Assembly (NCBI GenBank): GCA_002633005.1
Contig: NMRA01000039.1
Span: 635,021 to 699,020, forward strand
Direction: 5' to 3'
Source: Phoronis australis
Taxonomy: Eukaryota; Animalia; Phoronida
DNA length: 64,000 bases
Of this stretch, positions 14,301-29,300 are shown in pieces. The position numbers and the translations under genes were made by a program. The notes beneath the pieces are model-generated. The model was not told the DNA's origin. It saw only the letters and a list, made by a program, of their open reading frames with translations, and searched no databases. Each line of letters starts with the position of its first letter. The first letter of the stretch is position 1.

Positions 14301-17300
14301 ACCCCTTTGAACATTTGCCATACTGAGTTGGAGATCCAGAGATTAAAGAGGTCCACTGGATAGGTAAAGCATTCAGCTGTCACATGGCTATTGTGTACAC
14401 TTACTATCTTACCATAGAAGGACAAAACAGGGGATGACAAAAAGTGAAATTTTAATAAATTAAATGGTTTTGTGTAACAAAATATGAGTAACACAAATGT
14501 ACCTTATCGTTTTTATATGCTATACCATAGCTGTCATCAGACAATGCTTTGAGAAATTGTGGGAATTCATAACACTCGCGTTTATAACCATTTCAAAAAG
14601 GAAATAATGTCGATTCAGGTATTTTTGTCCAAAACTGGTTCACATTTCACAGTACATATAAAGTGTTCCCTTAGTCCATCCGTTGTCAGACCCCCTTCAT
14701 GATCCTGGATCTGTATCCGCAATGGAAAACATCTCCCAAGCCAAAACATTGAGTTGTGTAGCATGTCAGAGCAAATATGTGTTGAGTGCCAACCACGCTT
14801 ACAGGTAACCCTGGAGCAAGTCGCTCTGGAAGGTTTAGCAATCGTGTGGACTCTGTTTGAGCCAGAGCAACCCTACCCACATGTGACAACTTACCCTACT
14901 TTAATGAGGTAGGGTGGCTTGTCCTAGCAAAACTCATGTCGTGGTCACAAACCTGTCGTCAAGGCAGAAGTAATTACCATCTAACCACTTGCTAAGTTAC
15001 ATACAGAGGAGGTGTGACTTATGCTTTCTGTATCAAATTTGACGCAAAGTGCAGAGTGTGCAGTGTGGACGCCTGGATGAACGGGCAATTTGCTCCAGAG
15101 TAACTATGATCCAAGGTAACTCGTCACAGTGTGGACATGACTTCAATGTGCTTAGACAACAACAATAACCACAATGGTGAGATGTCTGGTGCATTACAAC
15201 ATAAGAATAATTCTTCAATTTATCCGTGCACTCGAATAATCGCTATTTCTAGTAATTTCTTGTAATTTCTAGTAGTTTCTAGTCATGTCCTAGTATGCTT
15301 ATTAAACTGCGTCTCCAGTACTTCAAACCTCAACTACATTTTCACAGAGTTTACAAATACAGAAATATTCAAATAATTTGTATGGTGCGTGTCTACAGAA
15401 ACAGTAATTTTTGTAAATTTTTGTACGAATTAATTGAAGAATTGTTAAATCAGTGCATCATAAAGTTCAAGTAAAAACCTGTCGGATCACATTTCAATGA
15501 CTATAAGAATGTTAACCCTTAACACATCAATTCTGATTCCAAATTACAGATCTACTAAGTTCTGTTTAACTTTTTGAGATATTAAATAAAATATGTAAAA
15601 CAATTTTTATGTGTTTTTATGAGCCAATCGAAGCCACACAAATAAATTTTTGCTTTAATAAAAGATTAGCTGATGTCCGTTCTAATCACACATGGTTACT
15701 AATACAATCAACTAGTAATATACGGTGCAAACCACGCTTCAGTAAAACTGCAACCATGTGATTGTAGTAAATTAACTCAAAATCCATTTTTCACGCCATT
15801 TATCCAAATCTGCCAAATAACATAATCATGACACCGAACGACTTAAAAAATTCACCAGCCTGAGGTGTCACCTTGACAACTAAAACTCAAACTGGACCCC
15901 AAAAATTTTGAAAGGTGGGCTCACCAGACACTAGTGATTTTGGATAGGAAGCGCACAAGAACTGCACGGCTAAGAAAAGTCTTTGTTTATGAAAGCAAGT
16001 CAGCGCAGTGATACCTCGACAGCTAGAATAAAGTCTCTTAAGTTAGTAAGCCACTCAAAACTAATGGAAAACATGAAATGAGATGGACAAGTCTCTGTGT
16101 TAGTATTAGCCACCCAAAACTAATGAAAAATTTCCAATGAAACTCGACTGAGCTTCATCAAAAAGAAAATGAGAAACAAATGAATGCCACTTTAACAGTA
16201 CAAAAAAATCTGAATATAACAACAAAATAATTCTAAAAAGAAATGAACACGTTAAAAATCAAACAAAATTAGTGGGAAAAAATATGTCTTGGCTAAAGCG
16301 ACTATATTTCATTAAACGCACGAGTATGTAAATTGTCTTAAGCTTACAGATGACCCAAGGTTTTCCAGTGTCATTGAGTTCAGGAGAACCAGATACATAA
16401 ATTATGAAAATGAGTTAATGAAAAATCCAAGAATGGTGAAGAGTTCCAAAGTTTTACTGCAGAATATAGACTTGAGGTTTTCCAACATTTTGGCAATTAA
16501 ATCAAATTTTCATTATCATTAAAAAATGCCGCGCGATATTAATGTATGATATTTTTGTGAAGCCCAATCAGTGAGCTCGTCATTTCTTTTTTGAATTACA
16601 TTTTTGCATAATGCAGAGACTACACAGTGTAGCAGGCATTACATTTAAATTGACATTTTTCTCTTGTAATAAGCAATAACCGCTTTAACCGACTATGTTT
16701 AGAAGACTAAAGAATCAATAGGGAAGAATGTTATTTTTGATGTCATGAAAATAATACAGTCAACTTCATAGCCATGTCTTACCTTTCCACCAAGTGTCGC
16801 CCCCTGTAGACAAACAATTGTTTGACCAATTCAGATACTTGCATAACATTGGTTTTCATGCGTCAAATTTGAACACTTCTACAACTGACTTCTTGTGGTG
16901 ATAATACAGCCACTGCTGACAAAGAGCTATGGGCTGAGCTGGCTGCGTCAAGTGAATGAGCGCTCACAGCTCACCTTAAGCTTTGATAATACTCCCACAA
17001 CAGAACGAATTGGACCATAGCTCTTTTAATTGTTCTCTCCTGGAAGCGAGTTGCCAGCTCAGCTATCGTACGGTTGAGGCAGTCAACTAAGCTCACTGCT
17101 CTCTGTCTACGGTGGGCCTAACAAGCAAGGCCAACAAGTCTTGCAAGAAGCGCGATAACATTTATTTCAGAGCACTTACAATTTACTCAATAGTCAATAG
17201 CTTGTTGTAGTTTTTTATGTCTCTCAAATGACGATGATGCAAACTAGTCATTTTTTACAAAGAAAAAACATTTTCGAAATTCCCCCACGCCTTTCCGAGG

Positions 17301-20300
17301 TTTCGTCAACTGCAGCAAACATCTTTCTTTAGCAAAAAAAATCTAGAACGAGTACTTTCAATTGCAACCATTTCACAGGAAATGCCATTTGCAGCAACCG
17401 ACTACATTCATTTGATGCAAGCTACTGTATAGTGAAAGCTGTTTTGACCAGGCAATATAGTACGTCCCAAATTCACTGGAATTATTATTGACAACAAATG
17501 ATCATTTACCTTCATGTTAGACACTGATGGTTATTTTCGACGATTTCATTAACTGCCAAGTCTATTTCCAGACTCTGCTGATACAAAACGCGGGTTCAAT
17601 ATTTTGGGGAAATATAATGAAGCCCAAAATCTTATTTGAATTTTGGCTTCAATTTTGTTCCCAAATTTTAGAGACTATCTCAAACTGTAGAAGTTTTACC
17701 ACAAACAGAACCTTGACCTAATTACTTTAACCACGCGAGTTTTCAGCCAGGCGGCAAGATGTTACAATAATTCTTCACAAAAAGTTTTGCACAAAAATAA
17801 TTCCGGAAGTTGCCGTTGGAAGGTCAACTTCCTTACTGAAATTAACGGAAACTTTACCAACAGTTGTTTTGTGATATCTAAATAGCGTGAACTGAGCTAA
17901 AAAAATAGTAAAATAGTAGTGATGCAAACTTTCTCATTATCTCGATTTTTGTTGAGAAATTTGACAAAATGGAATTCTGTTTGGCTTTGCCTGCAAAACA
18001 GATAACTTACGAAAAAATGAATTTTAAGATAGAGGTAGTACACGAGATTTAATCCCCTTTGTCACAAACCTTGTTCAGCTGCTGAAGCTTGCTTTTTCCT
18101 TTGTTTCTTTGATCAAATTGACCAGAGAGGTGGTACAGCACCGCCCTGCTCCGCCTGCGTGCGTACTTGAAGTCCGCCGGCTGGTCTTCAGTTTTTAACG
18201 AGATGTTGTTGTTGTCGCCGCCTTGCAGGTCTAAACGAACCAATCAGATTGAGTAGATTTTCACATTAAATGCATTCATTAATCAGAGACGAGCAGGACA
18301 CTCATAATGTTTCCAAATCACCACCGGTGTCTCAAGAGACTTCCGAAGATCACAAAGGAATACAACGTTGTATGCCAAACTGAATCTGAGAAATAAACTC
18401 ATTTTCTGCATCGTGCAGTGGTCAGTTAAATGTGATGTACGATAAAATCTCACTAATTTCGGACAAAATAATTACCAAAAATGCTTTATTTTCAATCACG
18501 GACTTGTAATATCGTTGTAAACGGCCGTGATCACTCAATATGATGTCAGCTGGTACATTTGGTAAAGATCTTGAATATTCATTTAGATCGGTATATCCTT
18601 TAAGGAAATGCTGAAAAAAATACACTTGTCCACCCAACTGTGTCCTAAACTAGTGAAATTTCAACGTAACTTTGTCAAGGAGAACTCAAAATCTACTTAC
18701 GGCAGAATTGTGAAAAAACAAAAAATACTAATGCAGAGTGACGTGTGTTGCAACACAAGGCTGTATAACAAGAGTTCAGTTCACTATCCAAACTGCACAA
18801 ATCTTAAACAAGTAGCCTGTTTATCACAGTCTATATGCTTTTGTTCATTATCTAAGTCATAGATCTGACGACAAATAATCAGAATGTTGACTTTTTGTCC
18901 TTTGCATTTCTTGAAACGTTTTGTTTTCTGCTTATTCGAGCATATTACGGATTTCTGTCACTTGACTTTGAGTTGTAGACAGATTTTTTGACTTTCAACC
19001 TTAGCCTGATCTTCATGAAGCAGGCTAAGCCATCTATAAACTGATTTTTAGCAGAAAATCAAAAAGCACAAAACCACTAGACTCCTGGATGCACAGGCCT
19101 CTGGTTTCAAAACAGTGCAGCTAGAGTTAAAGTGACACTATCTTAACTTTCTATTCCAATGTCGTTTTTCATGATTTTCCTACTGCTATCGACACTCCCC
19201 TCTTTATGGACAGTACGAAAGTACCGTAAACATTCTGGTTAACGCCCTTGCTCAGTTAACCGCCCACCCCCTACTTTAGCTGGATTTTTCATTTAACCGC
19301 CCATTGCTCGGTTAACCGCCCATCTGCGATTTTTGAAGATTTCCAGTTAAGCGCCCACCTCTCGGTTAAACGCCCATCCCCGACTTTTAAAAATTGAAGA
19401 TTTAGCGCCCAGTGCTACCCAAACACGCTTTTCCCCGACTTTTAGATCGATGATCACAACTAAAGTGCAACGACAGCCTCTGAGCCGGCGGTTTGGTAAT
19501 GTTAATTATAATACAATTAACGAATTCTTGTCTCGGGTCATGGATTTACTTCAAAATACCGGTATAATACTTGAACGTTTTGTCACTTTAATTTCTTCCC
19601 ATGTTCGCAAAATTTAAGACCCCCGCCAGCTTCAATGCCTCCGCTTTAAGCAGTGCACTAGATAAAACATATATTCGAAAAAAATCGAGCCAGAGAAATG
19701 TGACAGTGGTTTTACCAACCCTTCCAATTTGTTTTGGTAGGCAGCTCTCGTATTTTGAAGAATTTCCATAACTCATGGAAAGATGTCAAATTCTCCCTAT
19801 TTTGATGAGTGTAATTGCCAGGTTATCGAGGATGTGTAGCGACCGAACAAACAGTGTACCTCACTGGCCGATTTGCTGTCTCTCGATTTCTGAATTCAAA
19901 GGTTAGCAATACGTTACTGGATGTTTGTGTATCATCTTAAAGAAATAAAAAACTGCAAGTCAAATTTTGTTTTTTGCTTATTGCATCTCAGACAAGTTGG
20001 CGTTAACAGATTCCGCCAAAGTCGCTGGCGGTTCTTTTTAGCACGATTTCTTGCGACAGGCGTAACTGTGAATTATCGTACCCACCTAGCCTTTTAGCTT
20101 CTCGAATATTTTTGTTTCTATATTGGGCAGTTTCAGCCTGAACAAAATTCTTACCATTCGAGTCTGAGACATCTACGACGTAATTGATTGAAAATTGGCA
20201 GCAGTGGTAATGATGTGCACGCAGCTAGCTACGGGCATGGAACATCGGGTCCAGGGATCATCGACCCCAGAAATGTTGGAACAGACTTGACATCGTAGTT

Positions 20301-23300
20301 TTAGATCATTGGAGGAATATCGTAAAACACTGGGTTTTTTTGTAACAACTGCTTAAAGTACACTGAGTCGCGCCGGTGTACTCCTTTATGTAGGGCTGTC
20401 GCTGTTCTCTTTTGATGTGCGATCTCTGTAGTGGTGCACGCGTGTAAGTTCCCACACTCTGAAGTGCATGTTACCTTGACAACAACATATGTGATTGACA
20501 GGTGACTAATACGTACGCGCGCGTGCTGAATCCAGACGCTGTCTTTTGTCACATTAAACAAGACCCATATTGAAAGAGGCTGTTAAATTACTTGACGGCA
20601 TTTCCAAGTCTAGTTACGGCATATTGCGCGCAAACAGCGGGACCGACCAGTGCCATAGTGCGATATAGCTGTAGGTGATATTACAATAGGATAATCTGTA
20701 CATACTGAGTGTAAAATAAATGTTTTTCGAGTTGCTTTATGTTTGCCAGGTAGGCCTATCTATTTTACCCCTAAAAAAAGGCTCGCGTAGGTTGGAATTT
20801 CCCGGTGGCAGGTACAAGACGTCTATACTCTCGGCTCCTATTTCCAAATTTCTGGTGCCAATGCGACCTGCAGTTCGTTATGCCGAGCGCGGAGTCTCGG
20901 TTGCAAAACACTGACTCAGAAAGAACGCGTTGCTGGTTGAAGCTCTTCACTAATTTAGTCGTACAGCCACGCAAATTACCGGATGCCGGTTACCCCAATA
21001 ATTGGGGCTACATCTCAAATTGTTTTTTGCAAATGCGGATACGTGTACGATCTGGTACTTTTATTCCTCGGACTCTACTGTACACGCTCACTAGACTCAT
21101 CCCCAGTCATAATTTTAAAATAAAATCTTAAGCAAATGCTTGCTTTTGAGTAATGTCTGCAGTAACTTTTAATTGACGACTGGCTCATGTCCACTTACCC
21201 TTGATTCTCATCTTCTTTGCGTGGCATGTTTCACGCAACTGGAAGTGGGCAACACCGGTCGCAGAACCATACGTTGAAAATGAGTCACGGAAATGGTCTA
21301 ATCTAATCTAATCTCCAACATAAACATCCCTAACACAAAAAAAAACCTGAATTTGTTTTTCAAACTTTTATTACATCATTAATTTTAAAACTGGTCTTTG
21401 ACTCGGAACTTGACAGCTACCACCATAAATTTGATGTCTGCTGTGACCTCTGTAACACGTGAAGCTCGCACGCGCGCACTTTTAAAGTGTCATCGCGAGA
21501 GAATAGTTGCAATCCAAGTTATTGTTACTGGTCGTCTGCACACTACAGCTCTAATAAGATCGCAGGACGGCACAGGGCTATTACTCACCAATTTTGTAAA
21601 TTTAATTGTGATTGACTAATCTGTGGGCAACAAAACATTTCTTGGGATAGTCCGCTGTTATGACACTTTTAGCGACATTTGGCGACTTGGCGATAAAGCT
21701 CTTTGAAAAGTTCTACGCATTCCGAGTACGACTGTGTCGTGTAGTACTCTGATCATGAGGTAAAAGATTAACCGCCCAGGGCGGTTGTTTGGTTAACCGC
21801 CCATCCTGGATTTCTTGAAATTTCACGTTTAAGCGCCCATGTCTGGTTAACCGCCCACCCCCGATTTTTTGGGTTTGCCAATTTAACCACCCAGGGCGTT
21901 AACCCGAACGTTTACGGTAAAAACAAACTCTAGTTACCATCACAACTCCTCTTTGTAGAGTAAGAAGTTTAAAGCGACAATCTCGACAATCTCGTTCAGT
22001 CTGGTACATTTGTCACTAGACTAACCAGGGTTTTGGAACAAATCAACAATGCCATCTGGTGTTAGTAATAGCAAATGACTTGCCATCTAACAATGGTCTG
22101 CCGGTATTAGAGAGCTGCTGATCAAAGGCAAAGTTCATGAGGGGAGTTTCGAGAGACAGAAGAATGGAGAACAACATTTGCAATATATTTGAACAAGTGT
22201 CGCTCACTAACAACACATAAGAATTCCTTGTAGTGACCCTTAAATACGAATATACTGACGTAATTCTAATAAAAATTTTCAACTTGGGACAATCTCCTGT
22301 ACTTTCGTCACCAAATTTGGGGCAAAAATTTAGCATTTTTCTTCTCTTAAAAGGTAGACGTCGGGCAAATTGTGCATCTCAATTTATCTCAAAGTCCAGA
22401 GGCTGTACAACTGGTCAAGAACAAAAGGCAAAATTGAAATGTATAGACTCTAAAATTTCGGACATGGGTAAATGTCATTTTTGCAGTCTTTGAATGCTAT
22501 AAGAGACAGCTTCCAACCGCTAGAAAAAAAAATCTTTTACCGTCACAAATTAAACAATTTTTTACTCTCGCTTTATGAACTCATATACTTAAAGTCAATT
22601 AATCAAACACTACATATCCACATTATAAAGTTTGTAGCACTTAATGTTTGCCAAATGTTCTAAGTTAGTTCAGTATCAACAACAAGCACAAACAAGTATT
22701 AGGAAATGGTGACAGAGGGCGCTGTGTTTGATGAGAAGAAACAAGATAAGAACAGATTGGACGACAATAGTAGTAGAAGCCAGATTTTTAACTCGCATCT
22801 GCTAAGCACAACTGAGCCCAGAAATTAGACCTAAAGCGCATGCAGTTTGCTTGAATGACAGAATTCTTGGTTCAGGCAAATAACCAATAACGTCGTTTTT
22901 GGAATGTGGTTTTGAAGTAAAATGCATTGCTTTAACACAAGTTCAGATAAAATTAGAGTATCTGTATTACAAAGGATAATGTCAACATTCTCTAATCATC
23001 TTTTGACAAACTCATTGCCAAACCATGAAGCCCTGAATTTTTAAGTGCGTGACTAGAACATGACGTTTGTTTATTACATTTTGCAAAGAGCAGGCATGAT
23101 TACTGCCTCCTTAAAGTAATTTTCATTTAGAACACCGCTGCACTCAAAATCTTTTAATGAGCCGTGTACGTGTGGGTTCTTTGACAGCAAAAGACTGAAA
23201 ATAGCGAAATCTCACCAATCTAGAACGCAGCCAACAAGGAAATTTCTTGCATGACCAACAAACAAATGTTTTATCCTCAGTTTGCACACCACAGTTACCA

Positions 23301-26300
23301 TCAGACAATGTTTCGAGAAATTGTTGTTATTCACGGAACACTGTCAGAGGCCATTTACATGCACATCAAAAAAGCATTAATTTGGGAAATTTTTCTACTC
23401 CAAAATTGGTGAGACTTATGACAGAAAATTAAAGAGACTGCAGTGGAGGGTGCTGCTGCAACAAAGCGTTTGTTGCACCCAGTAGAGATGCAAAGTGTAA
23501 CGGATACAGGGTAAGTCAAAACACTTGGATCGGACGATGCAGCACTCTGAGGCTGGTCACATGCGTTTATTCAGTACAGTGTCAGATGCTGTTACACAGG
23601 GTTTACCTACAACTAATCTAGACTATCTAATTAGTCACAGGATTACATTGTAATTAGGCATTATGTTTCTATTACAAGCCAAATCAACTTTCACTAGGTC
23701 AACACAAGCGGCGACACATTTTTGTAAATTGGGTCAAGTCATCGCAAAAATAAGGAGTTACAGCATGAATTATATTCAAGTGTATGCGGACATTTTGGCA
23801 TTCTAGTAGAAAACTGGTGTCAGACAATTTGGATTACGCTCATGCAGAACAAAGTTCTGTTCACTGCCAGTGTTTGTGTTTTGAGCTAGTGAATAAGAGC
23901 CCGTTTCATTAAAAATCCTGAGTTCACGTATTAAGTTGGAATAAATTTGTATGTACATAACCAGCCATTCCATAGATTCAGCTCAAAAGTTTTCGGCAAC
24001 TGTTTCTCTCTCCTGATTTGTCGTCTTAAATATAACTTCGCTGCCATCAGCTGAGCAAGGCATAACCTTCGCTTGCGTACTACTGAGAAACGGGCTCCAG
24101 TTAATGCACATAGTTAGTCCATTCGCTTTTACTGGCGTCATTCCGTCAGCATGCAAATCATGACACTATCCAGGGGGTGACACAAAAGACCCAGCAATAT
24201 TTCACTATAGTATCACAGGTTAGACCAGAACAAATGGCTACGCTTCAGCGAAATTCTTCACTTGTTTTAGGCACAATCCGCTTCGTCTGCAATATTCATA
24301 CAAACGAACAGATAAAAAAACATTTTGAACATTAACTCTCGAGGCCCTCTGATGAAATGTTTTTAAAAGGTTTAGTTGCAACCAGTCAATTCCTCAACAA
24401 AGTTCTGTGAAGTGCTCGTCAAGAAACTTTTAGCCTTGTGCCCTATCATTTGTCAAGCATGGCTAGTGATTTGCAGTTTAACAAAAAAAAAACAAAAAAA
24501 TAAGTGCATTTCGTAATTGGTCGATATCTGAAGAATCGATTATCCTTGTGTCACCCTCTCCATGAACAACCAATACTTACATCTGGAGACAAACAAGGAA
24601 GGAATAAATGTTAACACTAAAAAGAGAAAGGTTTATTCAAAATAATAAACATTCAGCCAAACATGTTTCTGCTGTAAACAAACAGGTGTCATTGTTTCAC
24701 CACCACCACTTCACTACCACTTCACCACCCCCCCCCCCCCCNTCTCTACAACCCTCTACTACAGAATAAAAAGTGTAAAAGGATAATTTCGCAACAACAT
24801 TTAGTCAATTTTTCACTGCGCAATTTATGCAGTTCTATACATTAATCAAACGGTTTTGTGGAAACTCTAGTGTTCCATTTATTACAGCTCTCAAAAATCC
24901 AGAACCACTGTAAGTGACAATTACAATGCACATTCTCAACAATGATTATGCATGAAACTCAGTTTCAAGATTATCTGTGCTGCCACAACTACACGATGCA
25001 GTTTTGAAATTTCTAAAGCAGAGCATTAATTACGGCAGCAATGGACTGGTGAAAACTATGCGCTGGCCAAAAAATGAAGGTTTCACACAGCTTTTTCATA
25101 ATTTAGCTTTCATTTAATTGCCAAGGCAATATTTCACAAATTAACAGCATGCATCAATGGGAATAATTAGAACCCCAAATGACATAAATATATATATATG
25201 CCCATCTCTTTTCCACCTGAAGGAAATAACAAAAGAAAAACCGAGTTACCGTGGCAATGCCATGTGCCGTCTGGCATCATCCCTTTGTTCTACTGCGAGA
25301 TGAGCTCGCTGTATTGAAATACAAATATTGATTTTTGACAAATACGGAATAAAGAGAGCTCAAGTAGTCTCCGTCTGATAGGTGTGTGCCAACTAATATC
25401 AAAGGAACTGCTAACAAATACACAGATGAAGCCGGTTAACATGGTAGATATGGTATGGTGGTTTGTGTACCTGAAGTGGTTACAGCAGACCCAGCAGCCA
25501 CCACCCAGCATGACCAAAAATGTGACTTCTACCGTTTTAGGGAAGTTATGAAGGTTACGGAGGAAATTGTGATCAGATCCAGTGTCTCACAGCTGAAAAG
25601 GTGACTAAAAAATGAGGAAACGGGGAATTTTAAAACTGCATTTCGCCAGGTTTAGCCGGCTAAAATTGGAATAAGGCCTTTTACTCTCATAAAATCAGTG
25701 TAATATAATTATTTACCATGACAGATTTCTATTTCAGATACCAAAAACCACATCGAAACCATCAACAACTTGACAAAACGCTACAGTTAGTTGTGGTTGG
25801 CTAGCCCTAAAATTTCAAATTCGAAAATGGCTCACGTATGCCAGGTCCAGCGAAATGCAGCATTAAAAATAGCCATGGGAGTTTGGGATTTTAATAACAG
25901 TTTTCTTCTCTTGAAACATATTTACAATGCCGGTTGTCACTTCCTCGCTTTATTACTATCCCGTGACCCAGTAATTGTAAGTCCGACTGGCATCTGAATG
26001 AATTGCACAACCTCCACCGTTGGTCGAGACAAATCTTTCTGGACTATAAATACCAAGTCATGTGATGTAACCAAGTCCGATTTGCAGAGTATCTAGTCTT
26101 TAAGCATGTCACAAAGTACGGTAATTCTCCGCTTATTTCGCACATTCACCTGATTTCGTACATCCAAAATAACATGGAAAAATATTTTCTTAATGGTGAG
26201 AATTTTTGCCTCACCTAATTGTCACAGTCTTTGTACTTTGAAAAATATCAACACAAAGCCCAGACATTAATCCAAGTAATACACACCTCTTAAACCCAGT

Positions 26301-29300
26301 TAATAACGTCTGAACACAAATATAAGATATTCACACCAATATCTCTTGTCATTTTTGTAAGCATGAGATGAAAGGTTTGACTCAAGAGTCATCAAGATTC
26401 AAAAGAGTGTTTAACCAATTGTGGGGTAAAGTACTTTATCACTGGAACAGGATACAACAACTTAATTACTGTTAATTACATCACGCTGGCAACCTGTAGG
26501 TCGCAGATCTCTCAGTTCACACATGGGCAGTTGGCGATGTTTGATAACTCAGCTTATTTTGCACACTCTAAACAAGAAAATCCTTCTTTTTAACTATCAG
26601 GAAAATATATTTAGATTATTTTTGAACAAAAAATGGAGAATTACCGTTTTCTGTTGCACAGTGAATCGAAGTGAAGACATAAAACCAAAGGGTTGAATTA
26701 GGAGTGATAAACCATTCTTCACTAGTCTGTCTCTGCTAAAAATTTTTTTAGCAACTCTACAATTTGAAAAGACAAGTCAATCAAAAAAGATGTTTTTTAT
26801 CTTCTGCAACCGAGGAGCATCGATTTCGGGATGTGGGAATTTAACCCTGACTAGATAAACTGAGCTTAGTCTACTTATTCACTTATTCCTACTCCACCTA
26901 TTTATTTTTGTATAGGAGACCTTCTTATTAGCTGTCGGAATCATTTAGAAGGCATCTTAATTTTAATCGCAATTACTTAATCATTGTATTATGTCTTAAT
27001 GTAAATAAAAGGGTTACTCTCTCTCCCTCTGTAACAGTTGGCGCAAAATGAACCATGGGTGAGGTGACCCCAATTCTTCCTAGGAAATTTACCAGAAGTG
27101 TCAATAATAATCTTTTCCTTCTTCGCAAGACTCAAAAATGCTTCTACCTTGAGTACGGAGCAAGTTGAGATCAGTGAGATAATGGTAAAGTGAGACTTTA
27201 AACACTATGCAGCGCCACCTTTGGTTCCTTTGGGATGGAATCCTTTATTTTCAATTTGGTGAATTAGCAATTCTAATTACAGCTCAAACAACTACAGACC
27301 TAATGGAGTTCATTGATTGTTATAACGGAAAGAGTCGCCACTGCTAATTCGACTTATTCCACTTTGAAGTTTGCAGTAGCAACTTGACCTAATTTAAACC
27401 CCAGCATTGTATGACAGAAGCGTCTGTAAGAGATGGAACAAGTGATGGTGAAATCAATGACAGTTGCTTGCTATGAGTTGCATCTGTAAATGAACAAAAA
27501 CACTATAGCAATGAATAGTACTCAAAATGATAAGTGTCAAAAAACCAAGGTAGCCCACAGCATTTGCCAGGAAAAGCTTACCATATCCGCTCAAGTAACA
27601 CCCGAGAAATTTAAACTGAGAGAAATATCTTTGCAGAAGGGGCGGTGTTCACAGACTTAAAATTTGAGGATGTGCATTTAAATTGCCGAACATAGGGAAT
27701 TAATCAAAGGTGGGTGTTAACTCGATAACGGATACAGTAATGACTCAATAATAGTTCACACAAGATAACACTTGCTACACAAATTTCAATCAAGTACAAA
27801 GCAAATTGTTCGCAACATATTTCCACGCCTTACTGAAAAAGATATATTTCTACACACAATAGAGATCAAGGGTAAGATGTCCACTACTAAGTCTGATTGG
27901 ATTTCTGTGTTTTACCAGTGGTCCCGATGACTCAGTGGCTAGAGTGTCTGCACGCTTAGAGGAAGGTCCTGAGTTCGAGTCCCGGTTGGGAGCAGAAATC
28001 TTTTCAGAATTATATTCATTAGGTCACATGATGAGCCCAAAAAGATGGCATGTTGACGGGACAAATAGTTCGCAAAGCACAAGGCAGTCAATAATGCCAA
28101 AATTACTACACACAAAATTGCCAGTGCTTCAAGCTGATGACACGTCACATAAGATTCACAATAAGTGTAACAGCAATTTAATGGCTGGTAGTACAGATCA
28201 GCCAATGGCAGATCTGGAAGTCACAATGGTGGAATCCAGACAACAATTTGCGAAGCATAAATTTTCGTGACAGCCCTAAAAATGACGCGATGCAGTTTTA
28301 TTTTGGTCTTGGTCATAACAGGCTAGGGCCCTGTTGCCATCTCCCCTAAATGCGCCATACCAAACCAATGTCAGCCAAGCGACATGATTGCCCAAAGATC
28401 GCCATTGCGGTTTATTGCACGAAACATCAGGGATTCAGAAAACTCCATAATGTAAATATACCATGACTAAATTCACGTAAACCCATCCAATCCCACAGCA
28501 GTAACCAAAAGCTAATAGGTTTCACAGTGGCCATTGTCTCGGGATATGGCAAGAAATTTTCCGTAACACAACTGATGAAACTCCACGGTACCTGTTGTCT
28601 ATACGGGTTCCAAGACGACTAACACTATGTATTGCAAGTTAGTAATATTAAGACAAGTGCTACCATGTGACCTGATCAAAGTCTAAATTACTAGTTACTG
28701 TTCTGTTTCCTTTGAACTTCTCCTACAAGCAATGCCATGCTGTTACCATGGTAACAAAGATAACAAGGCAAAGGTATTAAGACCTCAGAAAATGACAGGT
28801 GAAGTAACTGCACTAGCCTGCAGTGGACTGTCATAAAAATATGTCCCAGCCAAGGTGACGAACCCAGTAATATTGAGACTGTAAAATTGTTATCCCCCAT
28901 TGACCCGATAAGCAGGCAGCATATCTAAACTAAACCCACCAATGTACAAGCAGAATCTCGCAAGAATATTTTTTTATTCTGAATAGGGAAACAGGCATTT
29001 AACAAAATGCATGTCAGAATGAAAGAATAAAGGAACGCACCCTGTCGATGACAATTTATAGCTGAAAACTTAAAGACAGTTATTAATTGTGAAATTAAAT
29101 TCAACAAGTTTTTCAGATTTGACTTGACAGTCACCAGTTTCCTTTTTCTTTTCAAGTATCACTATTGGGAATTTAATGACATCCGGGCTACATTTTAGTG
29201 AAAAGAGTTTACTGCAGTGGAATATCCTCGGGCTTCTTTCGAAAGGTGACTTCCATGACTTCCAAAAAGGCTGTTCAGGTTAGGAATAGTGTCTCTAAGA

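Noticed and set aside
27920-27995. tRNA gene
   Set aside because: A and B boxes are present but the cloverleaf is imperfect and the sequence continues into a repeated body, so it is better read as a SINE
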